A stretch of 64,000 nt of DNA from NCBI GenBank assembly GCA_024655945.1, contig JANLFK010000011.1, positions 22,021 through 86,020 of the forward strand, read 5' to 3'. The notes beneath the pieces are model-generated. The model searched no databases and was not told the DNA's origin. It worked only from the letters and a program-made list of their open reading frames with translations. The DNA is from Candidatus Zhuqueibacterota bacterium. Lineage in GTDB: Bacteria; Zhuqueibacterota; Zhuqueibacteria; JANLFK01; Oleimicrobiaceae. Positions 18,779-27,702 of the stretch are shown here, piece by piece; positions within the stretch are counted from its first letter, which is position 1, and every line of letters begins with the position of its first letter. The position numbers were made by a program, and so were the translations under genes.

Positions 18779-19792
18779 ATGAAGCGTATCGGTGTGAGCA
18801 TACTGCTGGTGGCACTGACCTTTGCGGCCTGTACGAGGCCTCGCACGGAAAAACTGCAGCCGAACACCGCCGCCTATGCATTGGCGAGCGACCTGAGCAA
18901 GTCGCTGCCCTTCCTTGATCCGAACAAGAACCGTACGCTGGTCAAGACGCGCCACTTCCGGGTGACCGTTGGTGATGTGATGGAATATCTGGTCAACAAG
19001 ATGGGCGACAGCGCCGGGAGTCTCCGCACCATGCAGCTGGAGAGGGTCAAAGAGACCGTCACGCGCACCGCCGAGTCTTTGGCAGAACAGCGCCTGCTGC
19101 TTCGTGCCGCACAAAGGGAAGGAATTTCCGTTTCGGCCTCTCAGGTGGATAGCGTGCTGCAGTCTCAGTATGAGCGCTTTGGCGGTGCAGAGCAATATGC
19201 CTTGCTCTTGCAGCGCTCGGGCGTGAGCCTGGACTTTCTGCGGAATGACACCCGCAACTCGCTCTTGGTCACTCGCTATTTGGACCGAGTATTAGCGCCA
19301 GTCGCGACTCCCAGCGAGGAGGAAATCCGCCAGGCGTACGAGGAAGAGCGCTATGCGACGATCCGCCACATCCTTTTCCTCACCCAGGGGCACGTGGAGG
19401 AGGAAAAGCCAGAGATCCGCGCTAAGGCGGAGGCGGTCTTGGCGCGTGCCCGCGCGGGCGAGGACATGGCGGAATTGGCCCGGCTCTACTCTGAGGACGA
19501 GGAGACCAAGGACAAAGGCGGCTTGGTGGTTGACGTGCCGCGTGGGGAGATGCTCGACCCCCTTGACCAGGCGGCGTTTTCGCATCGCATAGGCGAGGTG
19601 AGCGACTTGATCGAGGTGCCCTACGGCTACCACATCTTGCAGGTGGTGGAGCGGAAGAAGGACCCGCGTCCCTTGGAAGACATGCGCCCGTTTCTGGTGA
19701 GCGAATGCAAGGCCAAGAAGCGGGTACCAGCCTACCAACAGCTCATGACCAAGCTGCGCCAGGAAGCGCGCTGGTGGGCGGCCAAGGTGTGA
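18779..19792 (+). CDS. Peptidyl-prolyl cis-trans isomerase lipoprotein (PrsA/SurA parvulin type)
   Basis: Lipobox LTFAAC; HILF, LARLYSED, GG.V, AAFS, SDLIEVPYGYHILQV; AGGAGG RBS. Confidence 0.9.
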   Translation: MKRIGVSILLVALTFAACTRPRTEKLQPNTAAYALASDLSKSLPFLDPNKNRTLVKTRHFRVTVGDVMEYLVNKMGDSAGSLRTMQLERVKETVTRTAESLAEQRLLLRAAQREGISVSASQVDSVLQSQYERFGGAEQYALLLQRSGVSLDFLRNDTRNSLLVTRYLDRVLAPVATPSEEEIRQAYEEERYATIRHILFLTQGHVEEEKPEIRAKAEAVLARARAGEDMAELARLYSEDEETKDKGGLVVDVPRGEMLDPLDQAAFSHRIGEVSDLIEVPYGYHILQVVERKKDPRPLEDMRPFLVSECKAKKRVPAYQQLMTKLRQEARWWAAKV

Positions 19793-19840
19793 TTGTGTCG
19801 CACCGTTGGGGCGATCTTCCGGCCAGCTACACCCCATAGC

Positions 19841-19871
19841 CAAAAGGCACGCCCGCAAGAGGACGTGCCTT
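19841..19871 (-). terminator. Hairpin terminator between convergent PPIase and corrinoid genes
   Basis: AAGGCACG...CGTGCCTT stem, followed by TTTT on the minus strand. Confidence 0.55.
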
Positions 19872-19919
19872 CGTGTTCGTGGAGATTGCCCGCAAGTCGG
19901 ATGAACGCACCGGGGCCGC

Positions 19920-20552
19920 TCAGGCCACCATGGTCTTGACGACTTCCACAGCGGAGGCGGCATCTGGGGCATAGCCGTCGGCGCCGATCTCGTCGGCGTA
20001 GCTCTGGGTGACCGGCGCTCCGCCGATGATCACCTTGAAGCGGTCTCTGGCCCCATGTTCTTGCAGGGCGGCAATGACGTTTTTCATGTTCACCATGGTG
20101 GTGGTCAACAGGGCCGAGAGGCCGATAACCTGGGCCTGCCGCCCTTCTGCTGTGGCAATGAACTTGTCCGGGCTCACATCCACCCCAAGGTCGATGACCT
20201 CGAAGCCGGCGCCTTCGAGCATCATGCCCACTAGGTTCTTGCCTATGTCGTGCAAGTCACCCTTTACCGTTCCCAACACGCACCGGCCAATGGGTTTGAC
20301 GCCCGTCTCCACGAGCTTCGGTCTGAGGATGGCCATGGCCCCCTTCATCGCCCTGGCGGCAATCAGCACCTCAGGCACGTAGAACTCGTTGTTCTTGAAC
20401 TTTTCCCCCACCACATTCATGCCGGCGATCAAACCCTTGTTGAGGATTTCGGCAGGAGGGATCCCCTCGGCCAGTGCCCGACTCGTGAGCCGCTCGGCAT
20501 CGGGCAGCTTGCCGCGAATGATGCTTTCGCTCAGTTCTTGGAGTACCTTCAT
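19920..20552 (-). CDS. Corrinoid (B12-binding) protein, methyltransferase-cognate type
   Basis: B12 cap domain (GMNVVGEKF...VPEV) plus GDLHDIGKNLV (DxHxxG), SALLTTT, IIGGAP. Confidence 0.93.
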   Translation of the reverse strand: MKVLQELSESIIRGKLPDAERLTSRALAEGIPPAEILNKGLIAGMNVVGEKFKNNEFYVPEVLIAARAMKGAMAILRPKLVETGVKPIGRCVLGTVKGDLHDIGKNLVGMMLEGAGFEVIDLGVDVSPDKFIATAEGRQAQVIGLSALLTTTMVNMKNVIAALQEHGARDRFKVIIGGAPVTQSYADEIGADGYAPDAASAVEVVKTMVA

Positions 20553-20624
20553 GACATGGGTCCTTTCAACTCGTTACCGCTTCAATGTTGACGTCCGTTG
20601 CCTCAAATCCTGGTCGCCTATCGC

Positions 20625-21419
20625 TCACAATGAAGCCAAGGTGCGCTGCAGCCATTCAGCACTTTGCCGCGATTTTTCCAGAAGTGGTTCGCAGTGTGTC
20701 TCCAAGGTGACGTGGTGCAGGGCGCGATCGCGCGCCAGCTCTTTCAGTTGCCCGGTGTAGTCAATTTCGCCTTGGCCCACGGCCACCGCCTTGCAACCCT
20801 CCGCCGTGGTCACATAGTCCTTGATGTGCATGTTGACCACCCAATCGCGAAGGGCACGATAACCGTCGGGATAGGGCCGTTCGCCGCCGGTGAAGGAGTT
20901 GCCCGGGTCCCAGTTGGCCATGAGGTGCGGGGAGTTGATGGCCTGCAGCACGCGGGCGGTGCCGCTACCGGTATCGCACCAAAAGCCCGGTTCATTTTCC
21001 ACCGCCAAGACGAAGCCGTGCTCCTCTGCCCGTCGCGTGAGCCGTCCGAAGAGATCCAGCACCTGTTGGTAGCCGTTCTCGTCGCCTGGCGCGCGCATGA
21101 TGCCGAAGGTGATGATGAGATTGGTACCCACCCGCTCGGCGAGAGCCATCGAGTCGTCGAATACCTTGCCGATTTCCCGCTGCAAGCCCTCCCGGTCGTG
21201 CAAGGTCAGCTTGAATATGCCGGGCGAGACGGCGGTGATGTTGATGCCACGCTCCTTCTTCATGGCCAGGATGACCTGCAAATCCGCCTCGCTGATGTAC
21301 GGCACCCGCCCGCTGCGCACACAGCGAAGCTCATAGTCCTCGATTCCCCAACTCAACCCGTGGGATACCGCTTCTCTGAAGTCCAGGCTGATTTCGTCCG
21401 AGACAATGCCGAGCTTCAT
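20625..21419 (-). CDS. Sugar phosphate isomerase/epimerase (xylose isomerase-like TIM barrel)
   Basis: ENE, WDPGN, HIKD, LETH metal-binding motifs; start moved to MKLGIVSDEIS. Confidence 0.88.
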   Translation of the reverse strand: MKLGIVSDEISLDFREAVSHGLSWGIEDYELRCVRSGRVPYISEADLQVILAMKKERGINITAVSPGIFKLTLHDREGLQREIGKVFDDSMALAERVGTNLIITFGIMRAPGDENGYQQVLDLFGRLTRRAEEHGFVLAVENEPGFWCDTGSGTARVLQAINSPHLMANWDPGNSFTGGERPYPDGYRALRDWVVNMHIKDYVTTAEGCKAVAVGQGEIDYTGQLKELARDRALHHVTLETHCEPLLEKSRQSAEWLQRTLASL

Positions 21420-21465
21420 CCTTCTCTCAGTCAGGGTTCGCCACCTCATGGCAACTTTGAGTTCA

Positions 21466-21494
21466 AAAATACAAAAAAATTTTCCCCTCGTCAA
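21466..21494 (-). promoter_or_regulatory. Candidate sigma70 promoter for the TIM-barrel and corrinoid genes
   Basis: Minus strand TTGACG-N17-TATTTT in an AT-rich stretch. Confidence 0.55.
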
Positions 21495-21774
21495 CCGAAA
21501 GTTCCTCTCTCTCTTCGCCTTGAGGAGCTCCCGGCGATGCCTACGTGGTGAGGCCCCTATGGCGGCAGACCGCCGAGGTCGGCAGGGCGGCGAAAGCCGG
21601 TGAGGAGTCGGTGCTGGAAGGTCGGGGCTGTGTGCAGCGCGCCCATATTCGTCACAAGTCAGCTCTGGCGGGCGCAGGTCACCGAACCCTTGAGGCTCGC
21701 GCTTCTCGATGGAGGAGGGCCCCGCCGGTTCATGCGACAGGCGCACTGCTCCGCAGAGTCCAAGGATTTCCCTC

Positions 21775-21813
21775 TGAAACTTTCCGCCCCAGGAGTCATC
21801 TAAGCAATGACTC
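21775..21813 (+). promoter_or_regulatory. Candidate ECF-sigma promoter overlapped by an inverted repeat
   Basis: TGAAACTT-N16-TCTAA resembles ECF AAC/TCTAA promoters; GAGTCAT-N7-ATGACTC overlaps the -10. Confidence 0.4.
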
Positions 21814-21985
21814 TTGGTAAAGCCCATGGCCGAGTGGGTCGCCGTTAGGCCCGAGGAGGGTTAGCCGCGCCATGGCCCTGCTTGCAGGCTGCGGCTGGCG
21901 CGTGGACGCAGGAAGCTCAGGCCTGCGCCTGGTGAGTAGGGCCATGGAGAATGGCGGCATGCAGTCTCACACGGAGGAATACATC

Positions 21986-22498
21986 ATGAGGACTGTAACT
22001 GTGCGCGTCGTCACCGTGATGGCACTGACGTTCTTGTCGGTGGGGGTTCTGGCAGTAGCCGCCCGGGCACAACAGCAGAGGACCAAGGCCTACGACTTTG
22101 CGCTCAAGGACCTGGACGGCAAGGTGCACCGCCTTTCGGACTATCGGGGCAAAGTGGTAATCGTGGACTTCTGGGATACCTGGTGTCCGCCTTGCCGCAA
22201 AGAAATCCCGGAGTTTGCGGAACTGCATAAGGCCTATGGCGACAAGGGTCTTGTCATGATCGGGGTGGCCGGAGGCCGCTACGGCGTGGAGGCGGTACGC
22301 TCCTTTGTGCACCAGAATCGCGTGCCGTACGTGAACCTGCTTGCCAATGATGAGGTGTACAAGGGCTTCGGACCCATCGATGCGATCCCGACGACCTTTG
22401 TGATTGACCAACAAGGGTACGTGTACCAGAAGTACGTGGGTTACACGCCAAAGGAAGTGTTCGAGCGGGACATTAAAAACCTACTTGCTCGCCCGTAA
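21986..22498 (+). CDS. TlpA/ResA-family thiol-disulfide oxidoreductase (exported)
   Basis: Signal peptide; FWDTWCPPCRKEIP (CxxC); IPTTFVIDQQG. Confidence 0.92.
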   Translation: MRTVTVRVVTVMALTFLSVGVLAVAARAQQQRTKAYDFALKDLDGKVHRLSDYRGKVVIVDFWDTWCPPCRKEIPEFAELHKAYGDKGLVMIGVAGGRYGVEAVRSFVHQNRVPYVNLLANDEVYKGFGPIDAIPTTFVIDQQGYVYQKYVGYTPKEVFERDIKNLLARP

Positions 22499-22536
22499 TC
22501 CGGAAAGGATGAGCGGTGAGGAAACACGAACGCGCG

Positions 22537-22749
22537 ATGCCGCTTGTCGGCAGAGACACGTCAATCGAAAACCTGGTGAGTCGTTATCCGCGCTCGGTGC
22601 GCTTTCTCATGGAGAAGGGCATCAAGTGTCTGGCCTGTGGTGAGCCAATATGGGGCACCGTGGCCAGCAGCGCCCGCGCCAAAGGGTTTTCTGAGGAGCA
22701 GATCGATGCTCTGGTTCAGGAACTGAACACGTTTATCAGCGAAGGGTAG
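22537..22749 (+). CDS. DUF1858 domain small protein
   Basis: I..LV..YP....FL...GIKCLACG pattern, about 70 aa. Confidence 0.7.
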   Translation: MPLVGRDTSIENLVSRYPRSVRFLMEKGIKCLACGEPIWGTVASSARAKGFSEEQIDALVQELNTFISEG

Positions 22750-22752
22750 AGT

Positions 22753-23184
22753 ATGCGGGCAGTGGTCAGACAGGTACAAGGGCTGAGCTTTGTGGGCAAG
22801 GCGGACTCGAACCATTGGGTGGTGATGGACGCTACCCAGAAGGTCGGCGGCAACGATGCCGGCTCACGACCCATGGAACTCGTGCTCATGGCCTTGGCAG
22901 GGTGCACGGGCATGGACGTGGCGTCGATTCTCGAGAAGATGCGTGTCACTCTCGACGACTTTTGGATGGAATTGGAAGCCGACCAATGCGCTGAGCATCC
23001 CAAGGTGTTTACGGCTATCCGCCTCAAGTACGTGTTGGTGGGCGAGCAGGTGCCTCGCGAGGCGGTGGACCGCGCCATCGAGCTCTCGCAGAGCACCTAC
23101 TGCTCGGTGTCTGCCATGCTGCGCAAGGCGTGTGACATATCGAGCGAAGTGGAGATTCGACAATCTAACAAGAACAGGAGGTAG
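22753..23184 (+). CDS. OsmC/Ohr family protein (YhfA-like)
   Basis: RPMELVLMALAGC...YCSVSAML (two conserved Cys). Confidence 0.9.
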   Translation: MRAVVRQVQGLSFVGKADSNHWVVMDATQKVGGNDAGSRPMELVLMALAGCTGMDVASILEKMRVTLDDFWMELEADQCAEHPKVFTAIRLKYVLVGEQVPREAVDRAIELSQSTYCSVSAMLRKACDISSEVEIRQSNKNRR

Positions 23185-23187
23185 CAG

Positions 23188-23526
23188 ATGGGAAAGACTG
23201 TAGAACTGACCGACAGCAATTTTGCAGCGGAGGTAACCGATTACAAGGGAGTGGTCCTGGTGGATTTTTGGGCCGAGTGGTGTGGTCCCTGCCGTATGGT
23301 CGGGCCGGTCGTTGAGAAGATTGCCGAGGACTATGCAGGTCGGCTCAAGGTGGGAAAGCTCAACGTCGACCTCCATGGCAGGGCCGCCTTGACCTACGGA
23401 GTCACAGGCATTCCGACGCTGATTCTGTTCAAAGATGGGCAGGTGGTTGACAAGATCGTCGGTGCTGTCCCGGAAAAAGAGTTGAAGAAGATGGTGGATG
23501 GCCACCTCGCGCCTGCTGCTCATTGA
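23188..23526 (+). CDS. trxA: Thioredoxin
   Basis: DFWAEWCGPC, GIPTLILFKDG. Confidence 0.96.
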   Translation: MGKTVELTDSNFAAEVTDYKGVVLVDFWAEWCGPCRMVGPVVEKIAEDYAGRLKVGKLNVDLHGRAALTYGVTGIPTLILFKDGQVVDKIVGAVPEKELKKMVDGHLAPAAH

Positions 23527-23643
23527 GTGGGGCGCGAGCTATCAGGCGCCTTCGCCGCATGGGGCCGATTTTGCGCTTGCATTTCTGATTGCTTTTGCTT
23601 ACCTTGCAAGCGGCAATCAGGTCGGACCTTGCGGTGAAGGCGT

Positions 23644-24234
23644 ATGGTTTTGGTGCAGGAAAGCGAAGCGGAGCTCATTGAGCGGGCAAAAGCCGGCGAC
23701 CGTGCGGCGCAGGCGGCGATCGTCAGAAGGTACGAGCAGATGGTCTACAACGTGGCCCTCCGCCTGACCGGGAACGCTGATGAAGCAGAAGGGGTGATGC
23801 AGGAGACGTTCCTGAAGGTGTTGGAGGCGTTGCCTACCTTTCGCGGCGACGCGCAGCTGGGCACCTGGATCTACCGCATCGCGACCAACTATGCGCTCAT
23901 GCAGCTGCGCAAACGCAAAGTGCCAACCTATTCCCTGGAGGAGTACAACCTCGACGAGAGTCGCGACCTTGCCTCCTTCAATCGTTCGCTGGGGGACAAT
24001 CCTGAGGCGCTGGTGCTCAATGCGGAACTGCGCGCAGTGATGGAGGAGGCCATCGAGGCATTGCCGGCCAAGTACAAGACGGCATTCGTGCTGAAGGATA
24101 TGGAAGGTTTGCCTCTGCAACAGATTGCCGAAATGCTCAATCTGAACGTGGCAACGGTAAAGACGCACATCCATCGTGCGCGACTCTTCCTGCGCGATCG
24201 CCTGGCTGACTATGTGGAGAGAAGGAAGAAGTGA
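23644..24234 (+). CDS. ECF RNA polymerase sigma factor
   Basis: AEGVMQETFLK, FRGDAQLGTWIYRIATN, region 4 IAEMLNLNVATVKTHIHRAR. Confidence 0.93.
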   Translation: MVLVQESEAELIERAKAGDRAAQAAIVRRYEQMVYNVALRLTGNADEAEGVMQETFLKVLEALPTFRGDAQLGTWIYRIATNYALMQLRKRKVPTYSLEEYNLDESRDLASFNRSLGDNPEALVLNAELRAVMEEAIEALPAKYKTAFVLKDMEGLPLQQIAEMLNLNVATVKTHIHRARLFLRDRLADYVERRKK

Positions 24235-24470
24235 ACGGCAACTGTCTTACCAAATTGGAGGATATCTGCGCAGCGTTGGACGAAGAGGTAGACTCCGAGC
24301 GCTGCCAAATCATCAAGAGGCATTTGGCCGCCTGCCCCCACTGTTGCGCCGTCGTGGACTCCATCCGCAAGACGGTGCGCCTTTTTCAATGCCTGCCCAA
24401 GGCAGACGTGCCGGAGGAGGTGGATCTTGGCCTTTGGCGCGTCTTGAACCTGGAAAGGCCGGAGGGGTGA
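24231..24470 (+). CDS. Zinc-finger anti-sigma factor (zf-HC2/ZAS), soluble
   Basis: HLAACPHC (HxxxCxxC); overlaps the sigma stop codon; no TM segment. Confidence 0.88.
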   Translation: MNGNCLTKLEDICAALDEEVDSERCQIIKRHLAACPHCCAVVDSIRKTVRLFQCLPKADVPEEVDLGLWRVLNLERPEG

Positions 24471-24697
24471 TGCCAACCGCAGGACGCGTGCTATCCCCGG
24501 GGCGAGGTAACCTTCTGACCCTCCCCACAGAATAAAGCCTTTCCATAGCAGCCGGCCCTTCTCAAGAGTAGGGAAACAATCACCGGCGGCCGATGAAGCT
24601 TTCCGCGCCATTGTTACATCTCGTTTGTTCTGACTTCCCGTCGTGACCAGGTGCTGCATACGACTTGTGCTGTGCAGAGCCGCTCCGTTCAAGCCGC

Positions 24698-25348
24698 CTA
24701 TTGCCGCGCCTCCCATACACTCCGGTCAATTTCCATCACCCGGCGTTCCCAGCGCAGTTTGCCCTCGCCCTGCAGCCTGCGCAGTACCCGGGACAGGGTC
24801 TCGGGTGTGGCACCGATAGCCGCCGCGACGGTTTTCTTGGAAAGTGGCGAGACCACGCGTGTGGTGCAGCCAAACTGCTCCTCCAAGAAGCACCAGAGGC
24901 GCTCCTCCACATCGGCCGCCGAGCGCTGCGCCATTTGCTCGGTCAGGAAACGGAGCTTCTTAAGGAGGTTGCCGATGAATTCGTTCCGGAATCGCTCCTG
25001 CTCCAATAGACAGTGAAACTGTACCCTGGGCAGAAGGTAGAGAGTACTCTCCCGCAAGGCCACCGCACTCGCCGGGTAACGCTCCTGCTCGAAGAGAATG
25101 GCCTCCGCGAACATCTCGCCAGGTTTGACCACCTTGATCACCACCTCACGTCCATCCGGAGCGGTCTTGTAGAGCTGAACCGCCCCGCTGACAAGGATGT
25201 AGAGTGAGTAGGCCTTCTCCCCTTCTGAGAAGAGGATCTGCCCCTTGTCCACCTTCTTGGGCAGGCATATCTGGGCGATGGCACGAATGCTCTCCGCGGA
25301 GAAGTGTTGAAACAGACCGATACGGGTGAGCATTTGCTCGGGGTCCAT
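24698..25348 (-). CDS. Crp/Fnr family transcriptional regulator (HcpR/Dnr-like)
   Basis: cNMP-binding domain (GEMFAEA...YPASAVA) plus HTH IGATPETLSRVL; no Fnr N-terminal Cys cluster. Confidence 0.92.
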   Translation of the reverse strand: MDPEQMLTRIGLFQHFSAESIRAIAQICLPKKVDKGQILFSEGEKAYSLYILVSGAVQLYKTAPDGREVVIKVVKPGEMFAEAILFEQERYPASAVALRESTLYLLPRVQFHCLLEQERFRNEFIGNLLKKLRFLTEQMAQRSAADVEERLWCFLEEQFGCTTRVVSPLSKKTVAAAIGATPETLSRVLRRLQGEGKLRWERRVMEIDRSVWEARQ

Positions 25349-25391
25349 CTCTCCTCCGGTCACAAGGGCCGTGCAAGAAAGTTGCATTCTC

Positions 25392-25433
25392 TTGACCAAA
25401 ATCAAGGAATTCCTCATGCGCGCGGCATAAATT
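25392..25433 (+). promoter_or_regulatory. Fnr/Dnr-type box and -10 element (class II promoter) for the NO-response operon
   Basis: TTGAC-CAAA-ATCAA (25392-25405) versus consensus TTGAT-N4-ATCAA; TAAATT at 25428-33 places the box at about -41.5. Confidence 0.7.
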
Positions 25434-25478
25434 TACCACAACAAAAGGAAAAATGCCATGCGAAAGTGGAGAGACGCC

Positions 25479-26342
25479 GTGAAGCGCAACATCATCACCA
25501 TCGACGAGGAAAAGTGCACTGGCTGCGGCTTGTGCATCCCCAACTGTCCGGAAGGGGCACTGCAGATCATCGACGGGAAGGCGCGCCTGGTGAGCGACCT
25601 TTTCTGCGATGGTCTGGGAGCCTGCATCGGTCATTGTCCGGAAGGGGCGATTACTGTGCTCGAGCGGGAAGCAGGGGAATACGACGAGCGCGCCGTCATG
25701 GCCACCATTGTGGCCAAAGGGCCCGCAACCGTCGCGGCGCATCTGAAGCACCTGGCAGAACATGGCCAGGAAGAGTACCTGCGCACGGCCCTTGCTTACT
25801 TGAGGGAGCACAACCTTCCAGTCCCGGCTGATGTTGCCCTGGCGGCGCAGCCGCCGGCCGGGTGTCCGGGATCGCGCTCCTTAGGATTTGCGCCCATTGC
25901 CGAGGAGGTTCCTGGCGCGCCCCAACCTTCGCAACTCAGGCAATGGCCCGTGCAGCTGCACCTCGTCGCCCCGCGTGCCCCCCATTTCCAGGGCAGTGAT
26001 TTTCTCTTGGCGGCGGACTGTGTGGCCTACGCCATGGGCGATTTCCACCGCCAGCACTTACGCGGACGCACCCTTGCTATCGCCTGCCCAAAGTTGGATG
26101 AAGAACAGGAGATCTATTTGGAAAAACTACGCGTGCTCATCGATGAGGCCAAGATCAAGTCTCTGACGGTGATGGTCATGCAGGTGCCGTGTTGCAGTGG
26201 CCTGGTACGCCTGGCTCTGCGTGCCGCTGAAGAGGCGCGTCGAAAAATTGAGGTCAAGTACATCGTGGTCGGTCTGCGGGGCGAAGTGCTGCAACAGGAC
26301 AGTTTGGCCCCGGGTGCCCTGCAGCGCCGCGCCGCCGGATGA
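25479..26342 (+). CDS. 4Fe-4S dicluster protein (hcp-associated type)
   Basis: CTGCGLCIPNCP and CDGLGACIGHC; C-terminal QWPVQL, AADC, CPKLD, VPCC. Confidence 0.88.
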   Translation: MKRNIITIDEEKCTGCGLCIPNCPEGALQIIDGKARLVSDLFCDGLGACIGHCPEGAITVLEREAGEYDERAVMATIVAKGPATVAAHLKHLAEHGQEEYLRTALAYLREHNLPVPADVALAAQPPAGCPGSRSLGFAPIAEEVPGAPQPSQLRQWPVQLHLVAPRAPHFQGSDFLLAADCVAYAMGDFHRQHLRGRTLAIACPKLDEEQEIYLEKLRVLIDEAKIKSLTVMVMQVPCCSGLVRLALRAAEEARRKIEVKYIVVGLRGEVLQQDSLAPGALQRRAAG

Positions 26343-26353
26343 GGAGGAGGGCA

Positions 26354-26686
26354 ATGACTTCTGTGCAACGCGAAGAGCCAAAGTGGCCTGCGGAGTTGGC
26401 CGCCTTGGTGCAGTACCAGCCCGCAGCCATCGTGAGCAGGGCCATAGTGCAGGCGGCAGGTGGTTCGGTGACCTTGTTTGCTTTCGACGAGGGGCAACAT
26501 CTGAGCGAGCACACTGCTCCATTCGACGCATTGGCGCACGTGCTTGAGGGCGCGGCGACCGTTGTCATCAGTGGAGTGGCCTATCAGGTGGAGGCGGGCC
26601 AGGCCATCCTCATGCCGGCCAACAAGCCACATGCTGTTCAGGCGCAGCAGCACTTCAAGATGGTGCTGACGATGATAAGGTCGTGA
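26354..26686 (+). CDS. Cupin domain protein
   Basis: TLFAFDEGQHLSEHTAPFDA...MPANKPHAV. Confidence 0.88.
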   Translation: MTSVQREEPKWPAELAALVQYQPAAIVSRAIVQAAGGSVTLFAFDEGQHLSEHTAPFDALAHVLEGAATVVISGVAYQVEAGQAILMPANKPHAVQAQQHFKMVLTMIRS

Positions 26687-26888
26687 CCAGCCGACAGCAG
26701 AAAAAGAACCCGCGATCTCAGAGGGACGCACAGAGTGGCGGACGAGTGTGGCCATGACCATCTGGCCGCCGATCTCTGTCACGCAGCGGCTCTGACAAGT
26801 ACGCTGCCCTGGAGGCGGGCCGGAAGGGCAAGCTGGGCGCGGAGGCAAGCGCGAGCTGTCGCGGGCACAGAGCCAAGGGGAGGAAAGG

Positions 26889-27434
26889 ATGAGACCAACG
26901 GAGACATTAGTCGAGGAGCATCGAATAATTCTCGTGGTGCTGGAGGCAGCAGAGCGGGAAGCGACGCGCATCGAAGCGACCGCCAAGGTGGACAACCCCC
27001 GGCTCGAGCAGCTGTCAGATTTCTTCCGCAACTTCGCCGATGCCTGCCATCATCGCAAGGAGGAAGAGCACCTCTTCAAGCTCCTCAAGAAGAAGCCACC
27101 GCTGCGCGGGCCTGTGGCGGTGATGCTGCAGGAGCACGAGATGGGCAGGGGTTTCCTCCGGAGTGTCAAGGAAGGACTGGCTGCTTGGGCGCAGGGCAAT
27201 CCTGCGGGAGCCATGCAGGTGGTGGAGGGCCTGCGCAGCTACGCGGAGCTCCTGCGCGCCCACATCGATAAGGAGAACCAGGTGTTGTTCCCCATGGCCG
27301 ATAGGGTCCTTACCCCAGCCGAGCAAGAGCAGCTTACCGTGACCTTCGAGAGGGTGGAGAAAGAGGAAGTCGGCGAAGGGGTGCACGAGCAGTATCACCG
27401 CATGGCGCTTCAGCTGGCGGAGGGTAAGCCCTGA
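26889..27434 (+). CDS. Hemerythrin/HHE domain protein
   Basis: EEH, HHRKEEEHLF, QEHEMGR, HIDKENQVLF di-iron ligand pattern. Confidence 0.9.
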   Translation: MRPTETLVEEHRIILVVLEAAEREATRIEATAKVDNPRLEQLSDFFRNFADACHHRKEEEHLFKLLKKKPPLRGPVAVMLQEHEMGRGFLRSVKEGLAAWAQGNPAGAMQVVEGLRSYAELLRAHIDKENQVLFPMADRVLTPAEQEQLTVTFERVEKEEVGEGVHEQYHRMALQLAEGKP

Positions 27435-27702
27435 AGGAGAAGAGGCGTGCCGGCGAGAGAGGAGCCGGAGGCGCCCGTCTCGTGTTGAGCAACGGCACGT
27501 AGTGTGCGGCAGGATCGCTATTCTGGAGGGACCAGGTTGGATGGTGGCAAAAGCCGTTAGTCCGTTTGCGCGGCCCGCGCCCGGTCTGCCCATCAGGCGC
27601 GGTGCACCGCCTTTGCGGCGCCCCACCAGGGCAGAAGCGGCGCGCTTTCCCATCGTCGCCAGAGAATTTATCGAGAGGACGCGGGCCGAGCAGACTCTTC
27701 TG

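Noticed and set aside
21986-24470. Selenocysteine recoding in the redox operon
   Set aside because: All redox motifs use Cys codons; no in-frame TGA at catalytic positions.
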